Shown: positions 51,116 to 59,985 of the stretch, piece by piece
Position numbering within the stretch: the stretch's first letter is position 1
Layout of the letters: each line of letters begins with the position of its first letter
Assembly (NCBI GenBank): GCA_963755715.1
Contig: CAVWLW010000045.1
Location: forward strand, 32,001-96,000
Direction: 5' to 3'
Source: an uncultured delta proteobacterium
Lineage (GTDB): Bacteria > Desulfobacterota > Binatia > UBA9968
DNA length: 64,000 nt
Translations under genes and position numbers: made by a program
Notes under the pieces: model-generated
What the model saw: only the letters and a program-made list of their open reading frames with translations
Told to the model about the DNA's origin: nothing
Database searches by the model: none

Positions 51116-52852
51116 ATGGCACAATCAGCAACAAACGGTCAGACCTGGGATTTGGCGGCCGACGTCGTGGTCATCGGATCGGGGGCGGCGGGGTTGCCTG
51201 CGGCGATTAAGGCCGCAGACGGCGGCGCCTCTGTGATTGTTGTCGAGACGAATTACGACATCGGCGGGCACGCGATCATCAGCGGCGGCAATGTGCCGCT
51301 TGGCGGCGGCACCAGCGCGCAAAAAAAGTACGGCATTCAGGACTCACCGGATACGGTCTTTTCAGACCTGACCGACTGGACCATCGTGCAAGCTAACGGC
51401 TGGCCGGATTTCCGTTATAACGACCGCGAAGTGATGCGCGCGTTCGCGGATCATTGCGCGTTGACCTATGAATTTCTCCTGGAAAGCGGGGTGAAGTTCA
51501 AAGAAGTCCCGCCGGACAACCAGGGTGGACACAATTTGGGAAACTCGGCGCCGCGCGAAAACCATGCGTTTTGGACCAAGGGCGCTGGCTATGAAAGTCC
51601 CAACAACCGAGCGGGAACCGGCGTAATCCGGCCGCTGGAAAATAGCGCCCGAGCCAAAGGCGTTAAATTTTTGTTGAACTATAAAATGACGAGCTTCCAG
51701 CGCGAACGACAGAACGCGGGGCGCGTGATCGGCATCACGGCCGAGTACACGCCGCGCATCATGCCCGGGCAATCGACGCCGCTAAAAAGTTTCCGCTCCG
51801 ACGGCAACATCGACAGCACGAAACCGAAGATGACGATCCTTGCGAAAAAGGCAGTGATCGTCGCGACGGGCGGCATGACGAGCAACTTGAATTTCCGCCG
51901 CATGTTCGACCCGAGATTGACAGCTGTGCTGACGGTCGCCGGCGAGCCTTACAGTTACCAGGACGCCAGCGGCGAGCTGGCCGCCATGGCGATCGGCGCA
52001 TCGCTCTGGGGACTGGTGAATCAGACCTTGGAAAACGGCGACAATATTCGCACCCAACGGGTACTGGCGACGAAATGGAATTACATGACTTGGGAGCTGG
52101 AAAGTCCGATTTTTCCCCTGGTGCGATCGACCGGTTTGAGCGTCAAGGATTGGCACGATCTCATCTTGGTCAACCAAGTCGGCAAGCGCTTCTACGACGA
52201 GACCAAGGGCGATTATCCGCACGGCAACGTTTACAAGGACATCGATCCGTATACTCCCAACGACTATCGCAACAACGAGAAGATCGACTACCATCCCAGC
52301 AAATATAATTTTTTTAATGCCGCGGTAGCGATGAATGAGTATTCCCAAGCGCCCGATTATTCCGCCGGACCGATATGGGCGATCTTCGACGCCGACGCCG
52401 TCAAGCGCGAAGGTTGGAAAACCACGCCGCCTTACGTCGATCCTGACGGATATTTTTTCAGCGCGAATACGCTTCCGGAGCTGGCCGCCGCGATTAAGAA
52501 CGAGTATCAGGCCAAGCCGATGAACGGGGAGATTTTGCAGGCCGCCGTGGAGCGCTACAATTCTTTCGTCGAAGCGGGCGAAGACGTGGATTTCGGCAAG
52601 CCAAAGCCGAAGCACAAAATCCAGACGCCGCCGTTCTATGCCGCTTGGGCGACGCCGAACGTGCACGACACGCGCTCGGGCTTACGCATTAATGCCAAAT
52701 GCCAAGTGATGGACATGAACGGTCAAGTTATTCCCGGTCTTTATTGCGCCGGCGAGTCGGCCGGCGGCTTCAATCAGCATGGGTTGGGTCGCTGCACCAC
52801 TCAGGGATTTATCGCCGGCACCAACGCCGCGCGGGAAGCTGCACACGATTGA
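51116..52852 (+). CDS. FAD-dependent oxidoreductase (FAD_binding_2; flavocytochrome c/TcuA/KstD-like)
   Basis: DVVVIGSGAAG, VIVATGG, ILVNQ.GKRFYDE, PPFYAA, IPGLYCAGE; RBS GGAGGT. Confidence 0.88.
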   Translation: MAQSATNGQTWDLAADVVVIGSGAAGLPAAIKAADGGASVIVVETNYDIGGHAIISGGNVPLGGGTSAQKKYGIQDSPDTVFSDLTDWTIVQANGWPDFRYNDREVMRAFADHCALTYEFLLESGVKFKEVPPDNQGGHNLGNSAPRENHAFWTKGAGYESPNNRAGTGVIRPLENSARAKGVKFLLNYKMTSFQRERQNAGRVIGITAEYTPRIMPGQSTPLKSFRSDGNIDSTKPKMTILAKKAVIVATGGMTSNLNFRRMFDPRLTAVLTVAGEPYSYQDASGELAAMAIGASLWGLVNQTLENGDNIRTQRVLATKWNYMTWELESPIFPLVRSTGLSVKDWHDLILVNQVGKRFYDETKGDYPHGNVYKDIDPYTPNDYRNNEKIDYHPSKYNFFNAAVAMNEYSQAPDYSAGPIWAIFDADAVKREGWKTTPPYVDPDGYFFSANTLPELAAAIKNEYQAKPMNGEILQAAVERYNSFVEAGEDVDFGKPKPKHKIQTPPFYAAWATPNVHDTRSGLRINAKCQVMDMNGQVIPGLYCAGESAGGFNQHGLGRCTTQGFIAGTNAAREAAHD

Positions 52853-52875
52853 ATTGGAGGAACATAAAATGATGG

Positions 52876-52900
52876 ATAGGGGCGCAATTCATCGCGCCCC
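52876..52900 (+). repeat. GTAG-type REP-like hairpin between convergent genes
   Basis: ATAGGGGCGCAAT-tc-ATCGCGCCCC. Confidence 0.55.
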
Positions 52901-52905
52901 ATTTC

Positions 52906-53910
52906 TTAGCGATACAGCGACTCGATAAAATCTCCCGCCTGCAACTGGCGCACGAAGCGATCGTCGAAAAATTTATTGGGATCTAAATCTTTTGCCTTCG
53001 GATTGCGCTCGGCGAGCTCATCTAAGACCGACCTGACCGCGTCGGCGGTCGTGAGCGGTGTTTTCATCATGTACTTGGCGATCTGAACATCGTAGGACTC
53101 CGCAAGTAAATCCATGTCGGTGGTGCGCAGGTATTTGGACAATACTTTCAGCGTGAATGCGCGGTCTTTCTTCATTAAGGCGATCGCTTCGATCTCCGCC
53201 GAAAGGTAACGGCGTACTAGATCGGGGTCGTCGCGGATGATGTCGCCGCGCGTGGAAACCCCGGTTGAGGCGTAGGGAATATTGAGCGACGGCAGATGCA
53301 GCATCACGCGGTTGCCAAGTTTCACTGCTCGGCTGGTCGCCGGATAACCGAACACGCCGGCTTGCACGCGATTGCCTTGCAGCGCGCCGACGATCCAATC
53401 GCCGGCGCCGATCTCGACGATGTGAACGTCTTTGCCCGGCTCGAGACCGAAGTGCTTGGCGGCGAGACGCGCGCCGGTGTGGAGAGAGGTGCCGTAGCGG
53501 CTGATGCCGATGCTCTTGCCGCGCAATTGTTCGGGTTTCTCGATCTCCGGCCGCACAACTAAATTCAATACCAGCGTCCCCACCATCGTCGCGACAATCT
53601 TCAAGTCGGCGCCGCCGACCACCGCCCCGGTCGTGGTACCGCCGGCGATCTGAACAAACGACACTTCGCCGGCGATGAGCGCATTGGTGCCTTGCACGCC
53701 GCTCGGTGTCGCGATTACTTCAACTTGTAAGCCGTATTTTTTAAAGATACCGGCTTCATGGGCGGCCCACGGTGGCACCATGGAGCCGGAGAGCGATGTG
53801 ATGGCGGCGCGAATTTTGCGCGGGTTGGAAATTTCACCGGCGTTGACGGAGCGACAATAGCTGAAACAGCCTAGGACACCCAAGACGAGAAGGGATCGCC
53901 TAATCAACAT
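52906..53910 (-). CDS. NMT1/SsuA-type solute-binding protein
   Basis: GIFKKYGLQVE, LRGKSIGISRYG, GLEPGKDV, FFDDRFV..L. Confidence 0.88.
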   Translation of the reverse strand: MLIRRSLLVLGVLGCFSYCRSVNAGEISNPRKIRAAITSLSGSMVPPWAAHEAGIFKKYGLQVEVIATPSGVQGTNALIAGEVSFVQIAGGTTTGAVVGGADLKIVATMVGTLVLNLVVRPEIEKPEQLRGKSIGISRYGTSLHTGARLAAKHFGLEPGKDVHIVEIGAGDWIVGALQGNRVQAGVFGYPATSRAVKLGNRVMLHLPSLNIPYASTGVSTRGDIIRDDPDLVRRYLSAEIEAIALMKKDRAFTLKVLSKYLRTTDMDLLAESYDVQIAKYMMKTPLTTADAVRSVLDELAERNPKAKDLDPNKFFDDRFVRQLQAGDFIESLYR

Positions 53911-54009
53911 TGCCCACCTCCGGAAAATTTGCCCAAACGTGTTGCAACAGATAGCTGATCGCATTGCCCGGCGTCAACTTCGGAAGTGGACGAAGATCGG
54001 GTAAAACAA

Positions 54010-54037
54010 TTGACCCTATCAAGCGCGCTGTGATAAT
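54010..54037 (+). promoter_or_regulatory. Candidate sigma70 promoter for the amidohydrolase gene
   Basis: TTGACC, 16 nt spacer, GATAAT preceded by TG (extended -10). Confidence 0.4.
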
Positions 54038-54117
54038 CCGTGACCAGTTAAAATTGAACTACTCGGCGCGTGTTGCGCGACACGCAGACGCAAGCAAAAT
54101 CGGCGAAAGGAATGAAT

Positions 54118-55125
54118 ATGGAAAACGCGAAAGTCATTGATGCCGATGGTCATGTCCAGGATCGCGACGCGGAGATTCGCAAGTTCATGGCGGAGCCGTA
54201 CTGCCGGAGACGCGGACCGCTCGTCGCCAAGGACAAATGGGACAGCAGCATGTACGGCAAGCTCAACCGTGACATTCACGACGTGCCGACCCGGCTCGGC
54301 GATATGGATCGAGAAGGGATCGATATTTCGGTGCTGTTTCCCACCAGCGCCTTCGGCATCACGCAAAGCCCGGAGAAAGATTACGCCGCTGCCTTTTGCC
54401 GCGGTTACAACGACTGGATCGCCAATCTTTGTAAAGAGAGCCCGCGCTTGAAAGGCATCGGCCTGGTGCCGTTCCAGGACGTTCCTGCCGCGGTGACCGA
54501 AGTAAATCGCGCCGTCACGCAGCTGAAGCTTGCGGGTATCGCGATCGCGTCCTTCGGTCTGAAGGACCATCTCGGCACGGCGTCTTTTTGGCCGATTTAT
54601 GAAGAGCTGCAAAGACTCAATACGCCGCTTTTGGTTCACAATTCCCGCCAGGGCCCCGCGGGAGAAATCCGTTTCGACACTTTTCTTTTCGCGCACACCG
54701 TCGCGCGCCCGTTCGAGACTTTGATCGATTGCGCCGCGCTTATCTATGGCGGCGTGCCGGAGAGATTTCCAAAATTGAGGATCGCCTTTCTCGAATGCGG
54801 CTGCGGCTGGGTGCCTTACTGGATGGATCGGATGGATGAAGAGTGGGAAAAACGCCAGTCCGAAGCGCCGGCGCTCAAGGCAAAACCGAGCGAGTACATC
54901 ACCCGGGGAAATTGGTTCTTTGCCGCCGAACCGGAAGAAAGCACCTTACCCTATGTGATGGATCGGATCGGCGACGATAAGCTGATATTCGCATCCGATT
55001 ATCCGCACTGGGACGGCATGTTTCCCTATGTCGTCTCGACAATTCGCGAACGCAAGGATATCTCGGATGGGGCGAGACAAAAACTCCTCGGCGAAAACGC
55101 CAAACGGCTTTACGGTTGGGATTGA
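54118..55125 (+). CDS. Amidohydrolase_2 family protein
   Basis: VIDADGH, FLECGCGW, FASDYPHWD. Confidence 0.9.
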   Translation: MENAKVIDADGHVQDRDAEIRKFMAEPYCRRRGPLVAKDKWDSSMYGKLNRDIHDVPTRLGDMDREGIDISVLFPTSAFGITQSPEKDYAAAFCRGYNDWIANLCKESPRLKGIGLVPFQDVPAAVTEVNRAVTQLKLAGIAIASFGLKDHLGTASFWPIYEELQRLNTPLLVHNSRQGPAGEIRFDTFLFAHTVARPFETLIDCAALIYGGVPERFPKLRIAFLECGCGWVPYWMDRMDEEWEKRQSEAPALKAKPSEYITRGNWFFAAEPEESTLPYVMDRIGDDKLIFASDYPHWDGMFPYVVSTIRERKDISDGARQKLLGENAKRLYGWD

Positions 55126-55272
55126 TTCTACACACGTTCCTTCAGCGAACGTTCCCGCGCGCGCGGCTCCGTCTGGCATTGGCTCGGTAAAGAATTTAAG
55201 ATTAGTTCGCAGGCATCGGTTGGATCCGATTGCTCGCGCAATTTTTTGTCCCTTTGATCCGGAGAAACCGTG

Positions 55273-55752
55273 ATGGCAAGCTCGAGCGAGCCGAACGAAA
55301 CGAACGGTTACCTTGCCGCGCACGTGAATCGACTTATTGCGAGCCTGCGCCATTGGACCGGCAGAAATCTTCTCGACGTCGATTCGCCTGCTGTGGAGCA
55401 GGCGCGCCAGCTGTTTCATGCGCCGTTTGTCGTCTTATCGCACAACCAGACGTCTGATCCGATCTTGAACTATGCGAACCTGGTGGGCTTGCGTCTTTTC
55501 GAGCTTAGCTGGGACGAACTGATATGCTTGCCCTCGCGCCGGACTGCCGAGCCGGTCCATCAAGATGAAAGAGCGCGTTTGTTGGAGACGGTGACGCGCC
55601 AGGGATATATCGACAACTATCGGGGCATTCGGGTGTCGAAAACCGGGCGGCGCTTTTTAATCGAGCAGGCGACGGTATGGAATTTGTTCGATGAGAGCGG
55701 CATGACTTGCGGACAGGCAGCGACCTTTAGCGAATGGCGTTATTTAGATTGA
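55273..55752 (+). CDS. Stand-alone MEKHLA (PAS-like) domain protein
   Basis: S..HWTGR.L, LFHAPFVVLSH...DP.LNYAN, LPSR.TAE, Y.GIRVSKTGRRF.I..ATVWNL, GQAA.F..W. Confidence 0.9.
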   Translation: MASSSEPNETNGYLAAHVNRLIASLRHWTGRNLLDVDSPAVEQARQLFHAPFVVLSHNQTSDPILNYANLVGLRLFELSWDELICLPSRRTAEPVHQDERARLLETVTRQGYIDNYRGIRVSKTGRRFLIEQATVWNLFDESGMTCGQAATFSEWRYLD

Positions 55753-55861
55753 AAATGAAAAGATGCTCGGTAGACACCCCAGAAATTTCATTATTGAGAT
55801 ATCACCGCCGAAAAGCGAAGGAGAGAGCTTGAATTCGAGATTGGCCCTTACCGGTTTATCT

Positions 55862-56329
55862 CTAAGTATTGCTGTCCAGCCGTCGCGAGCGTTCTTTATA
55901 CATGCGCAACGCCTGATCGCCGATGGCGCCGGTAAGAAACTCTTCCGCGTGACGCTGGCCGTCGCGGGTTTGGTATTCGATCTTTATTGAGTCAAACGGA
56001 ATGACCGGGTCGGAATTGCTGACGCGCAGCAGACGGGCGTGGCTCTCGTCGATGCGTCGTCCGAGCGTGCGCAAAATTTCCGGCAGTCCTTCGAAGTTTA
56101 CTAGCTTAAACGATTCTCGCCGGTTGGCTTTGGCCTCGACATCGAGAGCTCTGATCTCAGTCACCGAGTAGCGCCTCTCAACGAGGTTTAAATGCGGCGG
56201 CAGGGGATCGCCGCACTGAAGATAAAATTCGTCGCCAAAGCATTTCAATTCGAAAAGATCGATGTGCTGTTTCTCGAGCATCTGACCGATCACTCGAAGC
56301 GCTGTTGAAAATGCATCCTGTTGAGCCAT
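55862..56329 (-). CDS. Hypothetical protein, duplicated LRxIGxxL[ED] family (copy 2)
   Basis: LRVIGQMLE and LRTLGRRID; similar to the genes at 16544 and 56825. Confidence 0.78.
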   Translation of the reverse strand: MAQQDAFSTALRVIGQMLEKQHIDLFELKCFGDEFYLQCGDPLPPHLNLVERRYSVTEIRALDVEAKANRRESFKLVNFEGLPEILRTLGRRIDESHARLLRVSNSDPVIPFDSIKIEYQTRDGQRHAEEFLTGAIGDQALRMYKERSRRLDSNT

Positions 56330-56824
56330 AGGTCCGACTGTGTAGCGCAAAAAATATCCGGTGGCAAACGCACAGAACGGATCATTGCCGCCTGGCCTGA
56401 GTCGAGCACGCGCCCAAACATCCGGATCGAGGGTTGGCTGCCTTTAAAATGCCAAATTGCACTAACAATTCATTAAAGTCGCTCCCCCTATAAATCGGCA
56501 GTATTACAACCGCGCTCTTGAATCATCGAATTGCCAGTATGCAGTTGCCGCTGCGGCGCAACGTCCACGATATTGCTCGTCTGGATGCTTCAGGCTATTC
56601 TGCTCATGGAATAAAGAGGTCAGCGTCAGAAGTCCTGACGAAGCGCATCGGCTAGAGTGAATGACTCGCGCATGAATTCATGTTGGTCCAAAGCTATCAT
56701 CGAATAATCCTCAGACGGCGAAGAGCCTTCGCGGTCGCGCGCTTGGGTTGTGCCAAATCCTTTACCGGAATAAAAATAGTGAAAAGTTCACCACCTATCC
56801 GCCGGGTTCCGCGCGGCTTTTAGC

Positions 56825-57334
56825 ATGCCCCACGCAAAATCACTAAGAGCGATCGGTCAGTCACTGGAGTCGCTCGGCATCGTCGCATTCGTTATGGAGA
56901 AAAATGGGCGAAGCTACATCGTGCGCAGCGACCAGCTGCCGGAGATCGAGAAAGCGAAGATTAAAGTAACTGCAGAACAGGTTTTGGAAACCTCGAGCCC
57001 GTCGAGTATGCGCGTTCACTCCCTGCAGGACGACGGTTCGATCCTCTATGATCCCAATTATATTTCGTGGCTCGATGCCCAAGGGCGAAGGAAGCGGCGC
57101 AAGCGTTTGTCGGCTCAGACAACCGGAACCTCGCGCGTATCACAATTGCTGCGTACCTTGGGCAAGCATTTAGACCAAGTAGAGCCACGCGAATTTAACA
57201 TCTCGTGGACAAAAGATGCGGTCTGCCTCGATTATCAGTCGGCGGATGGCCAACAAGTCCGCGAAGTTTTTACTGTCGCCAAGGTGCTTGAGCTCACGGT
57301 CCGGTCACGTCTCCGTCGGGCGCCGCGCCGCTAA
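56825..57334 (+). CDS. Hypothetical protein, duplicated LRxIGxxL[ED] family (copy 3)
   Basis: LRAIGQSLE and LRTLGKHLD; divergent from copy 2. Confidence 0.78.
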   Translation: MPHAKSLRAIGQSLESLGIVAFVMEKNGRSYIVRSDQLPEIEKAKIKVTAEQVLETSSPSSMRVHSLQDDGSILYDPNYISWLDAQGRRKRRKRLSAQTTGTSRVSQLLRTLGKHLDQVEPREFNISWTKDAVCLDYQSADGQQVREVFTVAKVLELTVRSRLRRAPRR

Positions 57335-57371
57335 TCAATCTCTGAAATATTGTATCCCTCGCCTCGGACTG

Positions 57372-57931
57372 ATGGCCGCTATCTTGAAACAATTTCATGG
57401 ACTCTTGGCAGCGACCCGCGCACCGTACCCAAGTATGGACGGCGTTTTGAAGGCGATCCGTTTGGCGCGTGAGCAGAACTGGCCAAATTTCGCCATGTGA
57501 AGCGGCTTTCAATATACTCTGTTAGAGTATGCTCGAAATGTTATGGGGATTGCCGATGCCGCATACGAAGAGATCACTCCTGGTGCGTCGCATTTGGTGA
57601 GCAGCAAGATGGCCTGTTCTCTCGCCGGCATTTGCGAATCGATTACGTTCGACCCGGAACACGGATCTATCATGCGTATGGTCGGATACAGTCTGTGGAA
57701 GAATTCCGCAGCAGCTACGGATTGGCGCCAAACTATCGACAGAAACTCACGGCCGGTCCGCTTGAAGTGACGGCGGTTGGGCCGGACGGCGAGGAGCGAG
57801 CAATTGAGCTGCGCGATCATCCGTTCTTCGTCGCGACATTGTTTCTGCTGCAGCTTTCATCAAGCGGTGGGCGGCCCCATCCACTGATCGGCGCATTCTT
57901 GCGTGGCGCTGCGGAAGTGACAAAACTATAA
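57372..57931 (+). pseudogene. Degenerate CTP-synthase C-terminal-related glutamine amidotransferase with UGA at the catalytic Cys position
   Basis: PY.SMDG.L.AIR.ARE..WP...*SGFQY.LLEYARNV, then CSL, a frameshift near 57648, and ELRDHPFFVATLF...PHPLI.AFL. The N-terminus is missing. Confidence 0.75.
57507..57538 (+). promoter_or_regulatory. Candidate bacterial SECIS hairpin
   Basis: UUUC-aa-UAUACUCU-GUU-AGAGUAUG-cuc-GAAA; the apical loop starts with G, 21 nt after the UGA at 57498-57500. Confidence 0.55.
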
Positions 57932-58008
57932 CTGTTGCTACGCCGGCAGCGTTGACCGGATGTATTTGGCTTAAGAAATAATTCATGTAATGAAAACGGA
58001 GACACCTC

Positions 58009-58506
58009 ATGGATTTTCCCAAAGATAGAAAAAACGATCCGGAGAGCGACGATGGAGCTAAGGTCCGGTTACTTTATCAAACATTGCTGGAAGCATGGAA
58101 TGATAAAGACGCGCACGAGATGGCCGAGCTGTTTTCTGAGAACGGCAACGTTATCGGATTCGATGGCAGTCAAATGGATGGACGAAAGCAAATCGAGTCT
58201 GTGCTTGGACAAATCTTCGCTGATCATCCGACACCTGTCTATGTCGCCGCCGTGCGAGAAGTGCGTTTTCTCGCTCCCGGCGTCGCGCTACTTCGCGCGG
58301 TCGCCGGGATGGTGCCGCGCGGCCACTCCGACATCAATCCTGCGCTCAACGCGGTTCAGTCGTTAATCGCGACTAAGGAGCAAGACCGATGGCGCATAGC
58401 GCTGTTTCAAAACACTCCCGCGGCGCTTCACGGCCGGGCGGAACTGAGTGAGCAACTGACGGCGGAGCTGCGCCAAGCGCTACGTGCTTCGTCGTCCGGC
58501 AGCTAA
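58009..58506 (+). CDS. SgcJ/EcaC family NTF2-like (SnoaL/DUF4440) protein
   Basis: AWN..DA...A.LF, IGFDGSQ..GR..I, REVRFL, WRIALFQNTP. Confidence 0.85.
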   Translation: MDFPKDRKNDPESDDGAKVRLLYQTLLEAWNDKDAHEMAELFSENGNVIGFDGSQMDGRKQIESVLGQIFADHPTPVYVAAVREVRFLAPGVALLRAVAGMVPRGHSDINPALNAVQSLIATKEQDRWRIALFQNTPAALHGRAELSEQLTAELRQALRASSSGS

Positions 58507-58662
58507 ATCGGGGTGTGTTGGAATTAATCCGATACGTCGGATGAGGTGAATCTAGCGAGCGATGCTGAGTCGGGGTGAAACGGGCGCTCATCCAGTGTGC
58601 GCAATTGGCCAGAGCTGATTGTGGCGACGGTTCATTTGGAATCCGCGCTGAATTTCAATAGT

Positions 58663-58694
58663 AAGAAAAATTTTTCGCGCCGCTCCGAATGACA
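58663..58694 (-). repeat. Half copy of the TGTCAT element
   Basis: Minus strand reads TGTCATTCGGAGCGGCGCGAAAAATTTTTC. Confidence 0.5.
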
Positions 58695-58831
58695 CTTCAT
58701 CGCGAAATCTTCGACTAAGGTCAGGATAAACTTCAGGGGGGATCCCGATCCAGCTGAACACTCGCTATTGACGGATTCATTTCGGCTTTCGTATATAGGC
58801 GCTAGGTTTGCGACCTGCAAAGGGCTTGGGA

Positions 58832-59887
58832 ATGAAACGTCGAGATGTCGGTGTGGCAGCCATCGTGTTTTTAATCGTCGCGCTTTCGATTAACCCCGGG
58901 ATCGCGATCGCCAATCCCTACCTTGCCAAACCTGGCGAGCCGACCGTGCGAGCGCGCATCGGCGCATGCGCAGTCACCGGCGGTTTTATCCATCTCTACA
59001 GCGCGCTGGATAATCGGCTTTTCGAAAAGTACGGCATTAACCCAGAGAGCATCGTCGTGCGCGGCGGCGGCGTGGCGCTGGCGGCTTTGGCATCCGATGA
59101 GATCAATTTTCTTTACTGCAATGCGGACGCGAATATCGTGCGCATCGGCACGGGAGCAGATGGAAAATTGCTCGCTTCGCCGCTTATCGGATTACCCTAC
59201 GTGGTGCTGGCAAGAAAGGACATCAAGCGCGCCGCGGATCTCAAAGGCAAGAGTATTGGCGTGACCCGGCCGGGAGACTTTCCCTACCGGCTCGCCAAAG
59301 AGTTTCTCAAAAAGCACAATCTTAGTGAAAAAGACGTGACGCTCGCCACGGTGGGCGGCACGCCCACCGAGCGCTATGCCGCGCTCTTGCAGGATGTTTT
59401 TCAGGCGACGTTGATTCAGCCGCCGCTCGACGCGCGCGGCAAAAAGGACGGCTTCAACGTTATCTACAATCTCAACGATCTTGGCTTGCCGTTTATCTAC
59501 AGTTCCTTATTCACCAACTCCAGGACCCTAAAAGAAAGTCCGGCGCTAGCGCAGAAAGTCGTGGCGGTGCTCGCCGAAGCGGTTTACTTCGTCGAAAAGA
59601 ATCCGGAGCAGGCGATGGCTTCGGTGGGCAAAACTCTGCGGATCAAAGACGCGGATACGCTTCGCTCGGCCTATGACGCCTACGCGAAAAATCTCATCAA
59701 CCGGCGCATGATCGTGCCGGCAAAACTGGTCGCCGAAACGCTTGAGCTTGCGCGGCAAGACGGTACGGTCATCAGAAAGAAAGCCGGCGAGATTTACGAT
59801 AATGTTTTTGTCGAGAATTTGGAGAAAAGCGGCTTCATGAGAGAGCTTTGGGGCGGTGCGGTGCCGGGAGACGGACAGAAGCCGTGA
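58832..59887 (+). CDS. NMT1/SsuA-type solute-binding protein
   Basis: Signal peptide; LFEKYGI, DLKGKSIGVTRPG, DN.FV.NLEKSGF..ELW. Confidence 0.88.
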   Translation: MKRRDVGVAAIVFLIVALSINPGIAIANPYLAKPGEPTVRARIGACAVTGGFIHLYSALDNRLFEKYGINPESIVVRGGGVALAALASDEINFLYCNADANIVRIGTGADGKLLASPLIGLPYVVLARKDIKRAADLKGKSIGVTRPGDFPYRLAKEFLKKHNLSEKDVTLATVGGTPTERYAALLQDVFQATLIQPPLDARGKKDGFNVIYNLNDLGLPFIYSSLFTNSRTLKESPALAQKVVAVLAEAVYFVEKNPEQAMASVGKTLRIKDADTLRSAYDAYAKNLINRRMIVPAKLVAETLELARQDGTVIRKKAGEIYDNVFVENLEKSGFMRELWGGAVPGDGQKP

Positions 59888-59985
59888 TGCCTCGACCGCA
59901 GATAGGTGACGTTCTCCCGTTCAAGCGAAGCGAGGATTCCCTGATTTCGGCGGCGACGATTTGAACCAAAAAGAAGGAGGCTATT

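Noticed and set aside
56670-56760. Minus-strand 'GTCTGAGG...ATGATAGC' resembling part of a c-di-GMP-I riboswitch
   Set aside because: The GNRA-capped stem and GACGCAAA core are absent; an Rfam scan would settle it.
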